Origin: a virus
Lineage: Duplodnaviria; Caudoviricetes
IMG/VR virus record: IMGVR_UViG_3300036820_000025
Span: 1 to 52,855 of that record
Direction: 5' to 3' (one strand)
DNA: 52,855 nt
The notes under the pieces are model-generated. The model ran no database searches and was not told the DNA's origin. It worked only from the letters and a program-made list of their open reading frames with translations. Made by a program: the position numbers and the translations under genes. This document shows, piece by piece, positions 36,800-46,301 of this stretch (position 1 is the first letter of the stretch; the number at the start of each line of letters is the position of its first letter).

Positions 36800-37813
36800 C
36801 TATTGCAACTGCGTGGTGGCGCGGTCGTTCACCACGACATCGGGGCCGGTACGTCCGGTGTCCACGATGGCGAGATGATTCGCGCGAATGTCAAGCATGC
36901 GGCCATCAAACGGTTTGCCGTCGATAACGCCCGAGTTCATCTCGGGGCGATAGTAGTAGCCGGGGCTCAGCTCCTGCTGCCGCTCCGACTCGATGGCCTC
37001 AATACCGGCGGAATCCCACACGGTCAGGTCGGCAACCAAATATGGCGCTTGCCAACGCACGTTGGAAACGGTGCCTATCATCAGCTCTTTCTGCGGACTG
37101 TCGGCACTCACGCCAACGTGGTGCATCATCAACGGTATGCGCTCGAACGTCGGCGCAGCAGCCGCGAGCGAAGCCGCGTCGCGATAAAGGTTGTACACGT
37201 GCTCGGCGTCGAGCCCGAGCTTTTCAGAGTCAGGAATCTCGCGGCCGAGGTACGGGCATATGTTGGCCTTGCTGATGCGGCAATCGCGCACATGCAGGTA
37301 GCCGTTCACGTCCTTGGAGCGGAGCGAGCCGCGGTCGAACGCCATGCGCGGCAGCTCGTCGTGCGCGGCCTTCGGTGTTCCCGCGGGAACATCGCCGCCC
37401 TCGTCTTCGCAATCGACCTCAAGCTCGCGCAGCGCGGCCTCCTCAAGCTCGACATCGGGGTCGCCGTCACGACCCCCGCGACGCGCCGCCTTGATGGCTG
37501 CAGCATTGCGAGAATTGAAATTCTGTAGTTCGGACATCGCCTGATCGTAGTCGCGTTTCGCGGCCCGGTAGGCATCGTCTTTTTTGTGTTCGGGGGTCAT
37601 CCCCATCGCGCCCCCGCCCGAGCGAGATTTTAGAGCGCGGCTTGCGTCCTGCATCTTGCGGTATAGCCGGTCCTGCTCATCGAGCACACCATCGCTCGCG
37701 CGGCGCTGCGAGTAGGCAATCGCCACGGCTTGACGCTGCGGCTTGCCGGCGTTTACCTCAACCTCGACGTTGTGAGAGAACGCGGCCTTAGACTTTCCTG
37801 ATTCGAGAGGCAT
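36800..37813 (-). CDS. Prohead protease (DUF2213) with N-terminal extension
   Basis: R..D.NG.LH....ISKAN.CPYLGREIP, ELS.GY.Y, NHLAIV..GR.G.DV.V.D. Confidence 0.88.
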   Translation of the reverse strand: MPLESGKSKAAFSHNVEVEVNAGKPQRQAVAIAYSQRRASDGVLDEQDRLYRKMQDASRALKSRSGGGAMGMTPEHKKDDAYRAAKRDYDQAMSELQNFNSRNAAAIKAARRGGRDGDPDVELEEAALRELEVDCEDEGGDVPAGTPKAAHDELPRMAFDRGSLRSKDVNGYLHVRDCRISKANICPYLGREIPDSEKLGLDAEHVYNLYRDAASLAAAAPTFERIPLMMHHVGVSADSPQKELMIGTVSNVRWQAPYLVADLTVWDSAGIEAIESERQQELSPGYYYRPEMNSGVIDGKPFDGRMLDIRANHLAIVDTGRTGPDVVVNDRATTQLQ

Positions 37814-37845
37814 GCCGCCATATTACGGCGGCACGTTCTGTTAAA

Positions 37846-39540
37846 TCAATCGTCACGCCCGGAGCTGTCGGGAACCTGCTTCAGCTCTTTGGCGCGACCG
37901 TGGGCGGCCTCGGCCGACTCCTCGCCGCGTTCGTGGTCCGCTTGCTTGCCTTGCTCGCCTAGCTCGGCGCCGACTTGCTGCTCCTGAATCTGCGGCGGGT
38001 CCGGCGCGTCGCCTTGCAGGTCGTCGTATCCGCTCTCGGGGTCGCGGCGCAGTTTGTCGCGTACCTCATCAGCGCTCACGATGCCGCCATTGACGAGCGC
38101 GACATCACGGTCAGCGTCCGACTTACGCAGGTCCGCAAGTTCCTTTGGCGTGGGTTCGTACAGCGACAGCCACTCGAACGTAATGTCGTCATCCACGGTT
38201 CCGAACAGGTCCATTTGCACGAGGTCAACAACGCGCTTCATATGCGGCGTGTAGCCGAGTTCCTGCAACGCATGCACGTAGTCGTACCACGCTTGGAACT
38301 CGCCGTCGCTCGTGGTGCTCAACCCCGTGGGCGTGATGCCGAAAAACTTGATAAGCGGCATGCGACCCGGAGTCGCCATGTGCTCCTGCGCCTGCGCCTG
38401 TAGCTTGTCGAGCGAGGCAAGCGATGCCTCGTTTACTGTTAGCTCCTCGGTGCTCTTGTTGATCGCGAGCAGGCCGCGGTTGTCGCGCTGTGCGACGAAA
38501 GCATCAAGGCGCTCTTTGAACTTACCCGGGTCCGACAGCAGCGCCTGCAAATCGGTCGCCAGCGTGAGCACTGAAAAAATGTTGATGAGGTCGTTAACAT
38601 TCTTCGCAGTGCGCAGCCACCGATTTACATACGGCATCATTAGCTGCGTCATGCTGATTCCCGCGAAATCGTAAGCGGGTTTCAACAGGTCGGGAACCTC
38701 GCGGAAAATGAACGTCATCAGCCGCGAGTGGTGCGTCTTTTTGCCGAGCACGAACCACGACTGCGGGCGGTAAAAATCGGGCTGCTCGGGCCGCAGCGAG
38801 TTCCACGAGTACGGCGTCAACCAATACGGCTCGATGCAGGTAAGCCCGAGCAACGTGCCTTGTTTGATAGTGGTCAGCGGTAGCTGTCGCGTGATGTCGT
38901 CGTCTTGGCCTTTGATCGACACGTAAATGTGCGAACGCCCGAACTGCTCCGTTTTTAGGGCAGCCTCGCGGAACAGGTCGCGTACGCGCAGCTCCTCAAG
39001 TCGCGCGTCGAGCTGCTTAATTTTCTCGGTACGTGCCTCGTCCTTGTCCGTGTCGATGTCCACGTCATCGGGCTCGGGCTGCTTCGCCTGCGCGGCTTTG
39101 CTGAGGTTCGACTTTTCGTTAGTCTCGCCCTTGCTCTTGAGCCGCAGCCATCGGCGCGTCATCTCGGTTGAGAGCGATTCCGCGGGCGTGCGGTACTCGG
39201 TAATCTGCGCCAGCTCGGCGAGATACGGGAACCCGAGAAATGCAAGCCCCGGCCCGAGCGCGCCGGAGCCAAGGCCGCCCCACGCAGCCGGCGCCCCGAG
39301 GTCCTGCGCCATGCGGCGCGTCTCGCCGCCGTGGTCCATCGCAAGTTTGAGCCCATCGCCTGACGGCAGCACAGTAGGCACCACGCCGGGCAACGGCGTA
39401 GGCATCACATATTCGCGCCGGCCATCGCCGACAGGGACTAGGGCGCGATCCCAGCGTATTGGCGTGGGTTTGGGGGCGGGGGCAGGGGCGGGGGCCGGCT
39501 GCGGAAACAGACGGCACCACAGACGGCGCAGGACGTTCAT
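37846..39540 (-). CDS. Portal protein (DUF1073 family)
   Basis: F.G.PYLAEL.Q..EYR, PDFY.P..W, H.SRL, PD.LKPAY.F.G.S, P..K..GITP.GL. Confidence 0.9.
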   Translation of the reverse strand: MNVLRRLWCRLFPQPAPAPAPAPKPTPIRWDRALVPVGDGRREYVMPTPLPGVVPTVLPSGDGLKLAMDHGGETRRMAQDLGAPAAWGGLGSGALGPGLAFLGFPYLAELAQITEYRTPAESLSTEMTRRWLRLKSKGETNEKSNLSKAAQAKQPEPDDVDIDTDKDEARTEKIKQLDARLEELRVRDLFREAALKTEQFGRSHIYVSIKGQDDDITRQLPLTTIKQGTLLGLTCIEPYWLTPYSWNSLRPEQPDFYRPQSWFVLGKKTHHSRLMTFIFREVPDLLKPAYDFAGISMTQLMMPYVNRWLRTAKNVNDLINIFSVLTLATDLQALLSDPGKFKERLDAFVAQRDNRGLLAINKSTEELTVNEASLASLDKLQAQAQEHMATPGRMPLIKFFGITPTGLSTTSDGEFQAWYDYVHALQELGYTPHMKRVVDLVQMDLFGTVDDDITFEWLSLYEPTPKELADLRKSDADRDVALVNGGIVSADEVRDKLRRDPESGYDDLQGDAPDPPQIQEQQVGAELGEQGKQADHERGEESAEAAHGRAKELKQVPDSSGRDD

Positions 39541-39554
39541 TCGCCGAGTGTACC

Positions 39555-40094
39555 CTAGGCGGGGATGCGGCGGCGAGTCGGGCAGTCCTTGCCGCGCGGA
39601 ATTGGCCCCGAGCCGTTGAATGAGCAGGCGCAGCCGATGCCGTGGCCCCACTCGCGGCCATCGTTGTGTGCGCCATCGTCGCCCCTGCGCGGCACTCTAG
39701 CCCGGGGCGCCAACGGAGCCCCGCCTAGCCGTTCGTGCAATTCCTGCGACTGCGCCAGCGCGCGCCAGCAATTCGCGTTGGCCTCATTGAGAATCAGGTC
39801 AACGAGCGCGTGAATGCTGCCGTCAGGAAGCATGACGGTATCCGCGCCGCGTTCGAGCAGCGCGAGCATGTCGGCCATGTCCATTTGATGCCGCGCGATG
39901 CAATCCGCGTGGTCGCTCGATTTGCCGCGCGCGTGGTGCATCTCCTCGCCCGGGTTGTGCTTGTCGTTGCCAGCCTTCGAGTGCTTCGCCACGCCAGCGA
40001 GCGCGGCCGGGAAGTAGCAATAGCAGCCGGTATGCACCGGCACATTTTTGCGGGCGGCACTGTCCCACGGTAGGGTTATCAGTTTCTCAGACAT
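39555..40094 (-). CDS. dATP/dGTP diphosphohydrolase-domain protein (DUF5664-like)
   Basis: RK..P...G...YFP.ALA.VA..S..GNDKHNPG...H..R.KS.DH.D...RH...WRALA..Q. Confidence 0.8.
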   Translation of the reverse strand: MSEKLITLPWDSAARKNVPVHTGCYCYFPAALAGVAKHSKAGNDKHNPGEEMHHARGKSSDHADCIARHQMDMADMLALLERGADTVMLPDGSIHALVDLILNEANANCWRALAQSQELHERLGGAPLAPRARVPRRGDDGAHNDGREWGHGIGCACSFNGSGPIPRGKDCPTRRRIPA

Positions 40095-40350
40095 TGCGGT
40101 ATCTCCAAGCCAGCGCGATCCACACCGTATTGCCGGCGACAATGAACAGGCCGCCAGTAAACGAGAGCCACTGCGCGAGATGAGGGTAATAAAACAGGTT
40201 CCAAAATCCCCACGAGGTAAAGAATGCTGTTGATTTCAGCGACACGCCGCGCGTGCAACGGTCGCGTGATATGCGGCGAACGTTGCCCCAAATCGCAACG
40301 CCGCCCCATCCCTCGAACAGCCCATTTATCAGGTCGGGCGTGTGGATCAT
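40087..40350 (-). CDS. PQ-loop/SemiSWEET-like three-TM membrane protein
   Basis: 87 aa, three hydrophobic helices, RD+..+GVS loop, WN..YY. Confidence 0.65.
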   Translation of the reverse strand: MIHTPDLINGLFEGWGGVAIWGNVRRISRDRCTRGVSLKSTAFFTSWGFWNLFYYPHLAQWLSFTGGLFIVAGNTVWIALAWRYRNV

Positions 40351-40985
40351 ACCGAGAGCGGGCGCAGCAGCCGGTACTCGGTTAGAAATCGGTCGTATGC
40401 CTCGCGCGGCTCCCAGCACCGTTGTAGGTCATACCGGCTCGTGCCCTCGTAGAGTTTCAGCGCGTAATCACGCATGCCGGGCTCGGGCTGCAGCCAATCC
40501 GCGGTGACATTGTGGCCGAGCAACTGTTCGGCTTCGATGTACAGCGCGCACCAATCGGCAAATTTGACGCCCGCGCTTACCGTGGGCGGCAAACCGAACT
40601 GCTCACGCATCGCGTGTTCGATTCGCGTCTCGAACGGCCGATAGTCCTTGACCGTGACTTTCCACGGGGCGGCCATGTCGGACACGTAGCCCTCGTGGGC
40701 GTCGTGCATCAGCCCCTCATAGGGCGTGCCGCCGCGCATAGCGATAGCCGGCTCATACATCAGCGTTGCGACGAGCACGCCATGCTGAGCGACGCTGTAG
40801 CGCCGCTGCACGTGGCCGGTAAACCGGCACTGCATCGAAGTCGCCCACGCCATTTCGCGAATATCGCATATGGGGCGCTGGCAGTAGAATTTGCGAGTGG
40901 CGAACCCGCCCTTATCGTCGGGGCGGATGGCAACGACGTATTGGTCGTCGCCGTCAGCCTCGTATGTCTCGGCTGCATTTTTCAT
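40347..40985 (-). CDS. HD-domain deoxynucleotide phosphohydrolase (YfbR/YfdR/DatZ-like)
   Basis: CRF.GH....YSVAQH, LMHDAHEGYVSD...P.K, VK.AD...L..E. Confidence 0.88.
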   Translation of the reverse strand: MKNAAETYEADGDDQYVVAIRPDDKGGFATRKFYCQRPICDIREMAWATSMQCRFTGHVQRRYSVAQHGVLVATLMYEPAIAMRGGTPYEGLMHDAHEGYVSDMAAPWKVTVKDYRPFETRIEHAMREQFGLPPTVSAGVKFADWCALYIEAEQLLGHNVTADWLQPEPGMRDYALKLYEGTSRYDLQRCWEPREAYDRFLTEYRLLRPLSV

Positions 40986-41006
40986 GTGTGCGTGCGGTCC
41001 TAGTTG

Positions 41007-42497
41007 TTAGAGCGGTGCGCGGTATTCCCCGTCGATGATGAACAGGAGCTGCCGCTTGTCGTTGGCATCGAGCGCGCAATGCGCCTGATGCCACGACGAC
41101 GGGCCGGCGTTGTACTCAAGCCGAAGCCCGGTAGACGTGCCGACCTGCGTGCAACCCTCGTCCTCACCCGGGCTGTGCGGGTGCCCGGTAATCGTCTTGA
41201 CGCCGATGCGGCGTAGATTGCGGATTGAGCCCCGCGCGCCGTTCGGGCCGCGGTTGCCGTGCATGCCAAGCTCGTGGGTGCCAAGCATAAAAGACTCGTC
41301 CTCGTCGAGTATTCGAGTCTGCGGCATGTTGTAGCGGCGCATCCAATATGTGAATGCGTTCGGGTACTCGGTGCCCTTGTTGGTCAGCTTGGTATTGCGG
41401 ACCATATGCAGCGCCGTCTCAAGATACCATTCGGCGTTGGTAGGGTCCTCGCGCCAATCGGCATCGACGATGTACCGCGTCAAAAAGTCATCGTGGTTAG
41501 AGGTAACAATCACGTTCTGCGTGTCTTTGATCGTGTGCGCTTCGATGAACCGGCGCAGCGACTCCAAGCTCGCGCGCACAGAATCGAGGCCACCAAAGCG
41601 CTTTGCCACGCGATTGAACGGATTGTGCTTATGATGCGGGTTGACCGGGTAACCATCCGTCGAATCGTGCAGTAGGATGTTCCGCGGGCGCAGAACGCCA
41701 ACCATGCCGCCTTGTCCGTATGTGGCGCGAATGACGCCCTTGTCGGTGAATGGGTCATGCCAATCCCCCGTGATGAGCCCGAGCGCGCGGGGCGCCTGTT
41801 GCACGCTGTCGGCGAAATACTGTTCGCCGCGCGCGGAATCAATCGCCGACTTCGAGCGGCCATCGAAATGAATGCGGCGCATGTGGAACCGCTTTTTATT
41901 GACGACTTCCACGAGGACGCACGACAACGAGTGATGAAACTGGCCCACGCGCCCGGCGCGCGTATCGCTGTAGTTCTCGACCGTGCAAGAGCCCGAGGTC
42001 ATCAAAATTTTCGCCATGCGATTCTGTGGCGTGGCGATGGTGCGCGTCTGAATCTTCGGGTGTGCAACTATCGCGCTGGCCGCGCCTGAGACGGCCTCAA
42101 AGCCCGTCAGCGGGTCCGCGGCCGTGGGCTGTATCTTGATGTCTCCGAGCAGCGTAAGGTTGTCGTTCAACGGCTGGCGCACATTGGCGAGAAACGGCCG
42201 CGTTTCCTTGGCCCAAAAATCCTTGCCTTCCTGCGAGCCGACCCAACGCGACGTGGGGTTTTTATAGCGCATCGGCAACACCACGAGGTCGGCCCCGCGG
42301 TGCTCGGCGATGCGCTGTAGTACGGCCCACCACTCCGCGTGTACCGGCGTCGAGTTCTGCGCGGCGACGACGAGCAGCGTTTTAACACGCTTGCCGAGGC
42401 GCCACGGGAAAATCGCTACGGGCGATTTGTCCTCGTAGAGCGGGTCATTCTCCCGCGTGAACGTGTCAAGGTTGCGGGGTGTCGTTGAATTGGTCAT
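41007..42497 (-). CDS. Calcineurin-like metallophosphoesterase (long, two-domain)
   Basis: GDWH, LHD..DG, SNHDD, MHG..G.NG.RG, TGHPHSP in the C-terminal half. Confidence 0.78.
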   Translation of the reverse strand: MTNSTTPRNLDTFTRENDPLYEDKSPVAIFPWRLGKRVKTLLVVAAQNSTPVHAEWWAVLQRIAEHRGADLVVLPMRYKNPTSRWVGSQEGKDFWAKETRPFLANVRQPLNDNLTLLGDIKIQPTAADPLTGFEAVSGAASAIVAHPKIQTRTIATPQNRMAKILMTSGSCTVENYSDTRAGRVGQFHHSLSCVLVEVVNKKRFHMRRIHFDGRSKSAIDSARGEQYFADSVQQAPRALGLITGDWHDPFTDKGVIRATYGQGGMVGVLRPRNILLHDSTDGYPVNPHHKHNPFNRVAKRFGGLDSVRASLESLRRFIEAHTIKDTQNVIVTSNHDDFLTRYIVDADWREDPTNAEWYLETALHMVRNTKLTNKGTEYPNAFTYWMRRYNMPQTRILDEDESFMLGTHELGMHGNRGPNGARGSIRNLRRIGVKTITGHPHSPGEDEGCTQVGTSTGLRLEYNAGPSSWHQAHCALDANDKRQLLFIIDGEYRAPL

Positions 42498-42810
42498 CGG
42501 CCTTCTGCTTTGCTCGTGCCTTCGCGGCAATCTTTGCGCTCGCGAACCAAATATGCTTCTTGCCGTCTGCGTTCTCACGCTTCACCACGACGATATGCGC
42601 GGCGAATTGGTCTCGAACTCGGGCAAGGTCCTTTGGCGCGCAGCGGATGCGTTTCTGCAGCTCGCTCTCGGCCTCGTACCATTCTGCGCCGAGCTTGAGC
42701 ATTTCAGCAAGCGCGGCCCGTATCTGCTGCGGGAGCTTCACGGCTTTGACGTGAGTCACGCCGAAAGTATCAAGCGAACGTGCGGGTGCGGTGTTTTTCT
42801 TAGCGGACAT
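42466..42810 (-). CDS. Small basic protein (possible DNA-binding)
   Basis: Lys/Arg-rich; tiled between the GNAT and phosphoesterase genes. Confidence 0.65.
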   Translation of the reverse strand: MSAKKNTAPARSLDTFGVTHVKAVKLPQQIRAALAEMLKLGAEWYEAESELQKRIRCAPKDLARVRDQFAAHIVVVKRENADGKKHIWFASAKIAAKARAKQKADDQFNDTPQP

Positions 42811-42817
42811 TGGTTGC

Positions 42818-43243
42818 TCACAGTGACAAACGGAAGTAGTGATAACGCTTGCCAGCGTATGGGGTCTCGGGTCGATAGAACGAGAACCCCTCGCGCAGCA
42901 GATTGACCATCGACGGATAGTTTTGCAGCGTTGTATAGGTGCGAATTTCTTCGGCCCCCTGCCACCATCCCCAAAACACGCGATGAGCTATCAGCCGGCG
43001 CTGTAAATGTTGCCCTTGATACTTCGCGACGACAGCAGCGCGCGATAGGAAAACATAGGGCTTGTCGCCCTCGGGGGCGCGAAATATCGCCGACGCAAAC
43101 CCCACGGTGCGGTTGCCGGCGTCGGGGTCGCGCGCGACCCAAAACGTATGATCGTCGCCGACCCATTTGTCAGCCTCGAATGCGAGGTCATGCAGCACGC
43201 GCGCCGAGTCGATGTCGTCGAGCCTGCGCACCGTAATTGTCAT
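42818..43243 (-). CDS. GNAT N-acetyltransferase
   Basis: VGFA, FLSRAAV..KYQGQHLQRRLI (AcCoA-binding motif A), N.PS..NL...GF. Confidence 0.85.
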   Translation of the reverse strand: MTITVRRLDDIDSARVLHDLAFEADKWVGDDHTFWVARDPDAGNRTVGFASAIFRAPEGDKPYVFLSRAAVVAKYQGQHLQRRLIAHRVFWGWWQGAEEIRTYTTLQNYPSMVNLLREGFSFYRPETPYAGKRYHYFRLSL

Positions 43244-44055
43244 TCTTCAATCCCCGGGATGATTGCGCGGCTCGTGCAGCGGCAGTTGATAAGCTGGCCC
43301 GGCAAAACGAACTCTTTTTCGTCGGGGTCCCACATGCCTTTGGCGAGGTCGAAAATTTTATTATTCATCTCGACGTGTGCGGGCCGGGGCTCTTTGCCGC
43401 CGTGCGAGTGCTGCCATATGGCCTGCCGGATGCCGAGCTGCTGCCGGCGCGTGTTCTCAATAGTGGCCTTGGCCTTCGCGTTTTGATCGCGCGAGATGAG
43501 CGCGGCGCGGCGCACGGTCACGCCATACTGTTGCCGGAGCTTCACCGACAGCGCCGACATATCGCTGCCGCGCTGCACGGACTGCCACACGAGCGACTGT
43601 ACGTTCGTCAGGTACTGCTGCGGAATCGAGCGTATAAGCCCCACGTTCTCAGCGATGACAGAGCGGTAGGCGTCCATGCTCGCGCGCGTGGGCTTGAACT
43701 GCACCGTAAACCCGGCGTCACGCAATGCGGCCTTGAATGAGGTCTCGGCCGCGGCGAAATTCTTTGTAGCGAATTGCTTCGCAATCTTCGGCGCGAGCGC
43801 ATCGAACTTTCGCGCCCAGCGGTCGCCCCACATCTTAAGCCGCTGTTTAATCGAAGCGACGCCCGCGTCGTGCGCGAGCTGCTGCACGACTTTCGGTGTT
43901 CCCACGGGAACAACAGGCCACGCGGGCGCAAGCATAAGCATTAGCTCTTGGTGCGCCTGCTGTAGCTGTGCGTCGAGTTGGTCGTGATACCAAACAGCCA
44001 CCCCCGCGTTTGGTTGTATCGCGTGGACTGTCTTTAGAATGCGACGGGCCGGCAT
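43240..44055 (-). CDS. Minor head protein (MuF / SPP1 gp7 family)
   Basis: ENVGLIRSIP, RAALISRDQN.KA, W.HS...EPR..H, PG.LINCRC. Confidence 0.9.
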   Translation of the reverse strand: MPARRILKTVHAIQPNAGVAVWYHDQLDAQLQQAHQELMLMLAPAWPVVPVGTPKVVQQLAHDAGVASIKQRLKMWGDRWARKFDALAPKIAKQFATKNFAAAETSFKAALRDAGFTVQFKPTRASMDAYRSVIAENVGLIRSIPQQYLTNVQSLVWQSVQRGSDMSALSVKLRQQYGVTVRRAALISRDQNAKAKATIENTRRQQLGIRQAIWQHSHGGKEPRPAHVEMNNKIFDLAKGMWDPDEKEFVLPGQLINCRCTSRAIIPGIEE

Positions 44056-44063
44056 GGGTGCGG

Positions 44064-44093
44064 AGCCTACTGTAACGCTGACGCTGCCGTCAA
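44064..44093 (-). promoter_or_regulatory. Sigma70-like promoter with operator overlapping -35
   Basis: TTGACG-gcagCGTCAGcgttacag-TAGGCT, near-identical in layout to 5144-5115; operator at 44079-44092. Confidence 0.72.
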
Positions 44094-44317
44094 TCCCCGG
44101 GCGACCGGGCGACGTGTGCGCGATAATTGCCATTGCCAATGTCTGCTTTTCCTGCTAGGAAATCGCCCCACGAGGAGCTGCCCCCGGCGACCCTGTGCCG
44201 ACGCAACCGGGCGCGCTGGCGGTCCTTGCACGAGCAGGGCGGCGCTACGCCCTTGCGCGCGTCGGGGTCGTTGTCGAGCGAAACGGCGCAATCGGGGTCG
44301 TGCACAAAACGCTTCAT
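44090..44317 (-). CDS. Small hypothetical protein (H..C...CxC)
   Basis: ATGA coupling to the terL stop. Confidence 0.5.
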   Translation of the reverse strand: MKRFVHDPDCAVSLDNDPDARKGVAPPCSCKDRQRARLRRHRVAGGSSSWGDFLAGKADIGNGNYRAHVARSPGD

Positions 44318-46059
44318 ATAACCGCCATAATTTCAGGGCCAAAGTTCAGCGCCGGGCGCGAGTAACCGAACGCCATCATTACCGCGTCAGCCATATTCGG
44401 CGACGCCATGCCGTCGGGGGTTTTATCAATCATCAGCTTGCCATTTTTCGACCACGTGCGCGTGGGCTGTGCAAGCTCCGTTTCGAGCAGGCCGATAGCA
44501 ACTATCTTCGGGTTGATGATGATGACCTCATCGGGGTTGAACTTCTCGCCGTTCAGTCCCTTATAAACCTCGACAAACCGCATGCGCGTACACATCCACG
44601 ACTGCGCTTTGAGATTTTCATAGTAGTCCTTGTTGGTGCGATCCGAGCCCGGCGCGCGTGCGTCCGGGTCCTCGACCGCGCCGCCGCCTTGGAATTTCTG
44701 CACGAGGATAGGTTTTTGCCCGTTGGCTTTACGCTCCTCGTTCACCATCGCAAAGTATTCATGCCACGAGCCGCCCATGCCCGAGGCATCGTAAACGAGC
44801 CGCTTGCAGCCGTATTTGTCGCAGATAGAAAACGCGCGGCGAATCGACTGCATGGGGTTCGAGTTATTGCCCGACCATTGCTCGACGTGGTGCAGCTCGA
44901 CGCCGTGCCGGATCGCTACCGCATTTTTGTCGGTGCCTAGGTCGGCCACGTCGTAAGTTGCGACCCACTCGCCCGAGGGCGTGATGCCGAGTTTTTCACC
45001 CGCGCCTATCGCTGCGTGTATATGCACAGCCTCGATGACGCCGCCCTCGATGGACGCAAGGAAATCGCAGCCATACTCTTGGTTAAAAATTACCTCGTCC
45101 ATATCGTAGACGTGCTTGGCAAACTCGTGCGTAAAATCGCCTATGCCCACGTGCGCGATGTGCCGGCCGTCCTCGGTCGTCGTAACTTTCAGGCGCTTGC
45201 CGGCGCGGATTTTCTCGGCGTCCTCGGCGTTGAGTTCTATGTCGTAGGGCTCGCCTTGGTTGACTTTGGTCGGGTCGTCGCGGTAGCTGAAATCAAACCG
45301 TGGGATGAGGCCGCCGCGCGCATGTTCGGCAAAGACGTTGTTCACACCGCGCACCGTGGACATTTCGAGGCGCGTGTCGGTGTTGGCTGATAGGTTTGTC
45401 TCGATGAGCTTTGGCCGCTCGATGACTGCGTACTCGTCAACAAAAAACATCGAGGTTCGACCGCCAACGCCGATGTTATCGCCCGCGCCGCCCACGATGG
45501 CCGACTCGGTATTCGGATAGAGCAGGCGCATTTGCGCGCTGTGTTTCTTTGGGTCGTAGCCGGGCTTAAAGATTGCCGGCAGGTATTTGAGAAAGGTTCG
45601 GCCCTTGTAGAATAGGCAAGTAGGGTCGCCGCTCTTATCGACGAACTCCTCCTTTGCCGAGCCGAACCCAATTGTTAGGTTATCCCAAAACAGCGAGAGC
45701 GTAACGCTAATCGCCATCGCCATCCACGAGGCGCCGCACTCGCGCGACTTTACTAGCACGCCATTTTCGTGACGACGCCAACGCGCGATAACCCAATCAA
45801 CAAATTCGCGCTGCTTCGGGTAGAGCAGAAACGGCATGATGATAGGGCGCCCGCGCGTAGCGTTTTTCGGATTGACCGTGACGCCCCAATCTTGAATAAA
45901 GTCGGCCACGTGGTCGCGGTACCACATACGCGCGGCGACTAGTTTCTCCGGGTCGCTCTCAAGCTCTATCAGCTTGCGTTCGCGCTGCAGCCATATCTCA
46001 GTATAGGCCGCGGTCGGGTTGAGCCAATCGAAGCCCGCCGGGATTTTGATGAGTGACAT
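44314..46059 (-). CDS. terL: Terminase large subunit
   Basis: PF.L.P.Q, KSRECGASW, GRT...FVDE, DVAD.G.DKNA, SPNMADA. Confidence 0.93.
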   Translation of the reverse strand: MSLIKIPAGFDWLNPTAAYTEIWLQRERKLIELESDPEKLVAARMWYRDHVADFIQDWGVTVNPKNATRGRPIIMPFLLYPKQREFVDWVIARWRRHENGVLVKSRECGASWMAMAISVTLSLFWDNLTIGFGSAKEEFVDKSGDPTCLFYKGRTFLKYLPAIFKPGYDPKKHSAQMRLLYPNTESAIVGGAGDNIGVGGRTSMFFVDEYAVIERPKLIETNLSANTDTRLEMSTVRGVNNVFAEHARGGLIPRFDFSYRDDPTKVNQGEPYDIELNAEDAEKIRAGKRLKVTTTEDGRHIAHVGIGDFTHEFAKHVYDMDEVIFNQEYGCDFLASIEGGVIEAVHIHAAIGAGEKLGITPSGEWVATYDVADLGTDKNAVAIRHGVELHHVEQWSGNNSNPMQSIRRAFSICDKYGCKRLVYDASGMGGSWHEYFAMVNEERKANGQKPILVQKFQGGGAVEDPDARAPGSDRTNKDYYENLKAQSWMCTRMRFVEVYKGLNGEKFNPDEVIIINPKIVAIGLLETELAQPTRTWSKNGKLMIDKTPDGMASPNMADAVMMAFGYSRPALNFGPEIMAVI

Positions 46060-46097
46060 AACGGGCCGGGAGCCTAGCAGACTGTGATGCAGTCGTG

Positions 46098-46125
46098 TTG
46101 ACGCCGCCGTCAGTTTTGGTATCGT
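46098..46125 (+). promoter_or_regulatory. Promoter with operator overlapping -35
   Basis: TTGACG (46098-46103), 16 nt, TATCGT; TGACG-ccgc-CGTCA at 46099-46112; a TGTGA half-site at 46083. Confidence 0.68.
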
Positions 46126-46154
46126 AGCGCTCAGGGTTTAGGAGGGTTCACAAC

Positions 46155-46301
46155 ATGATGATTCGCAAATGGCAGAACAGCGCAGCGCGCCGCCGGGCGC
46201 ACGCCAAGTTTCGCCGCCATCTCTGCCGCCTGCTCGGTTGCCCGTTCGAGAGCTGCTACACCACGGGCGAGCTGCTGCGCGACGCGAGGGCTGCACGATG
46301 A
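46155..46301 (+). CDS. Small basic Cys/His protein, 48 aa (not in ORF track)
   Basis: AGGAGG SD; MMIRKWQNSAARRRAHAKFRRHLCRLLGCPFESCYTTGELLRDARAAR; ATGA coupling to the next gene. Confidence 0.65.
   Translation: MMIRKWQNSAARRRAHAKFRRHLCRLLGCPFESCYTTGELLRDARAAR

Noticed and set aside
19837-36927. Long + strand ORFs antisense to structural genes (e.g. 19837-20859, 27284-28165, 28866-30026, 34441-35508)
   Set aside because: Shadow ORFs expected in GC-rich DNA; Arg-rich, without motifs, and fully overlapping well-supported genes.
39555-40985. Canonical 2-aminoadenine (Z-genome) system
   Set aside because: HD and dATP/dGTP hydrolases are present, but no PurZ/adenylosuccinate-synthetase-like ORF is visible anywhere in the window.
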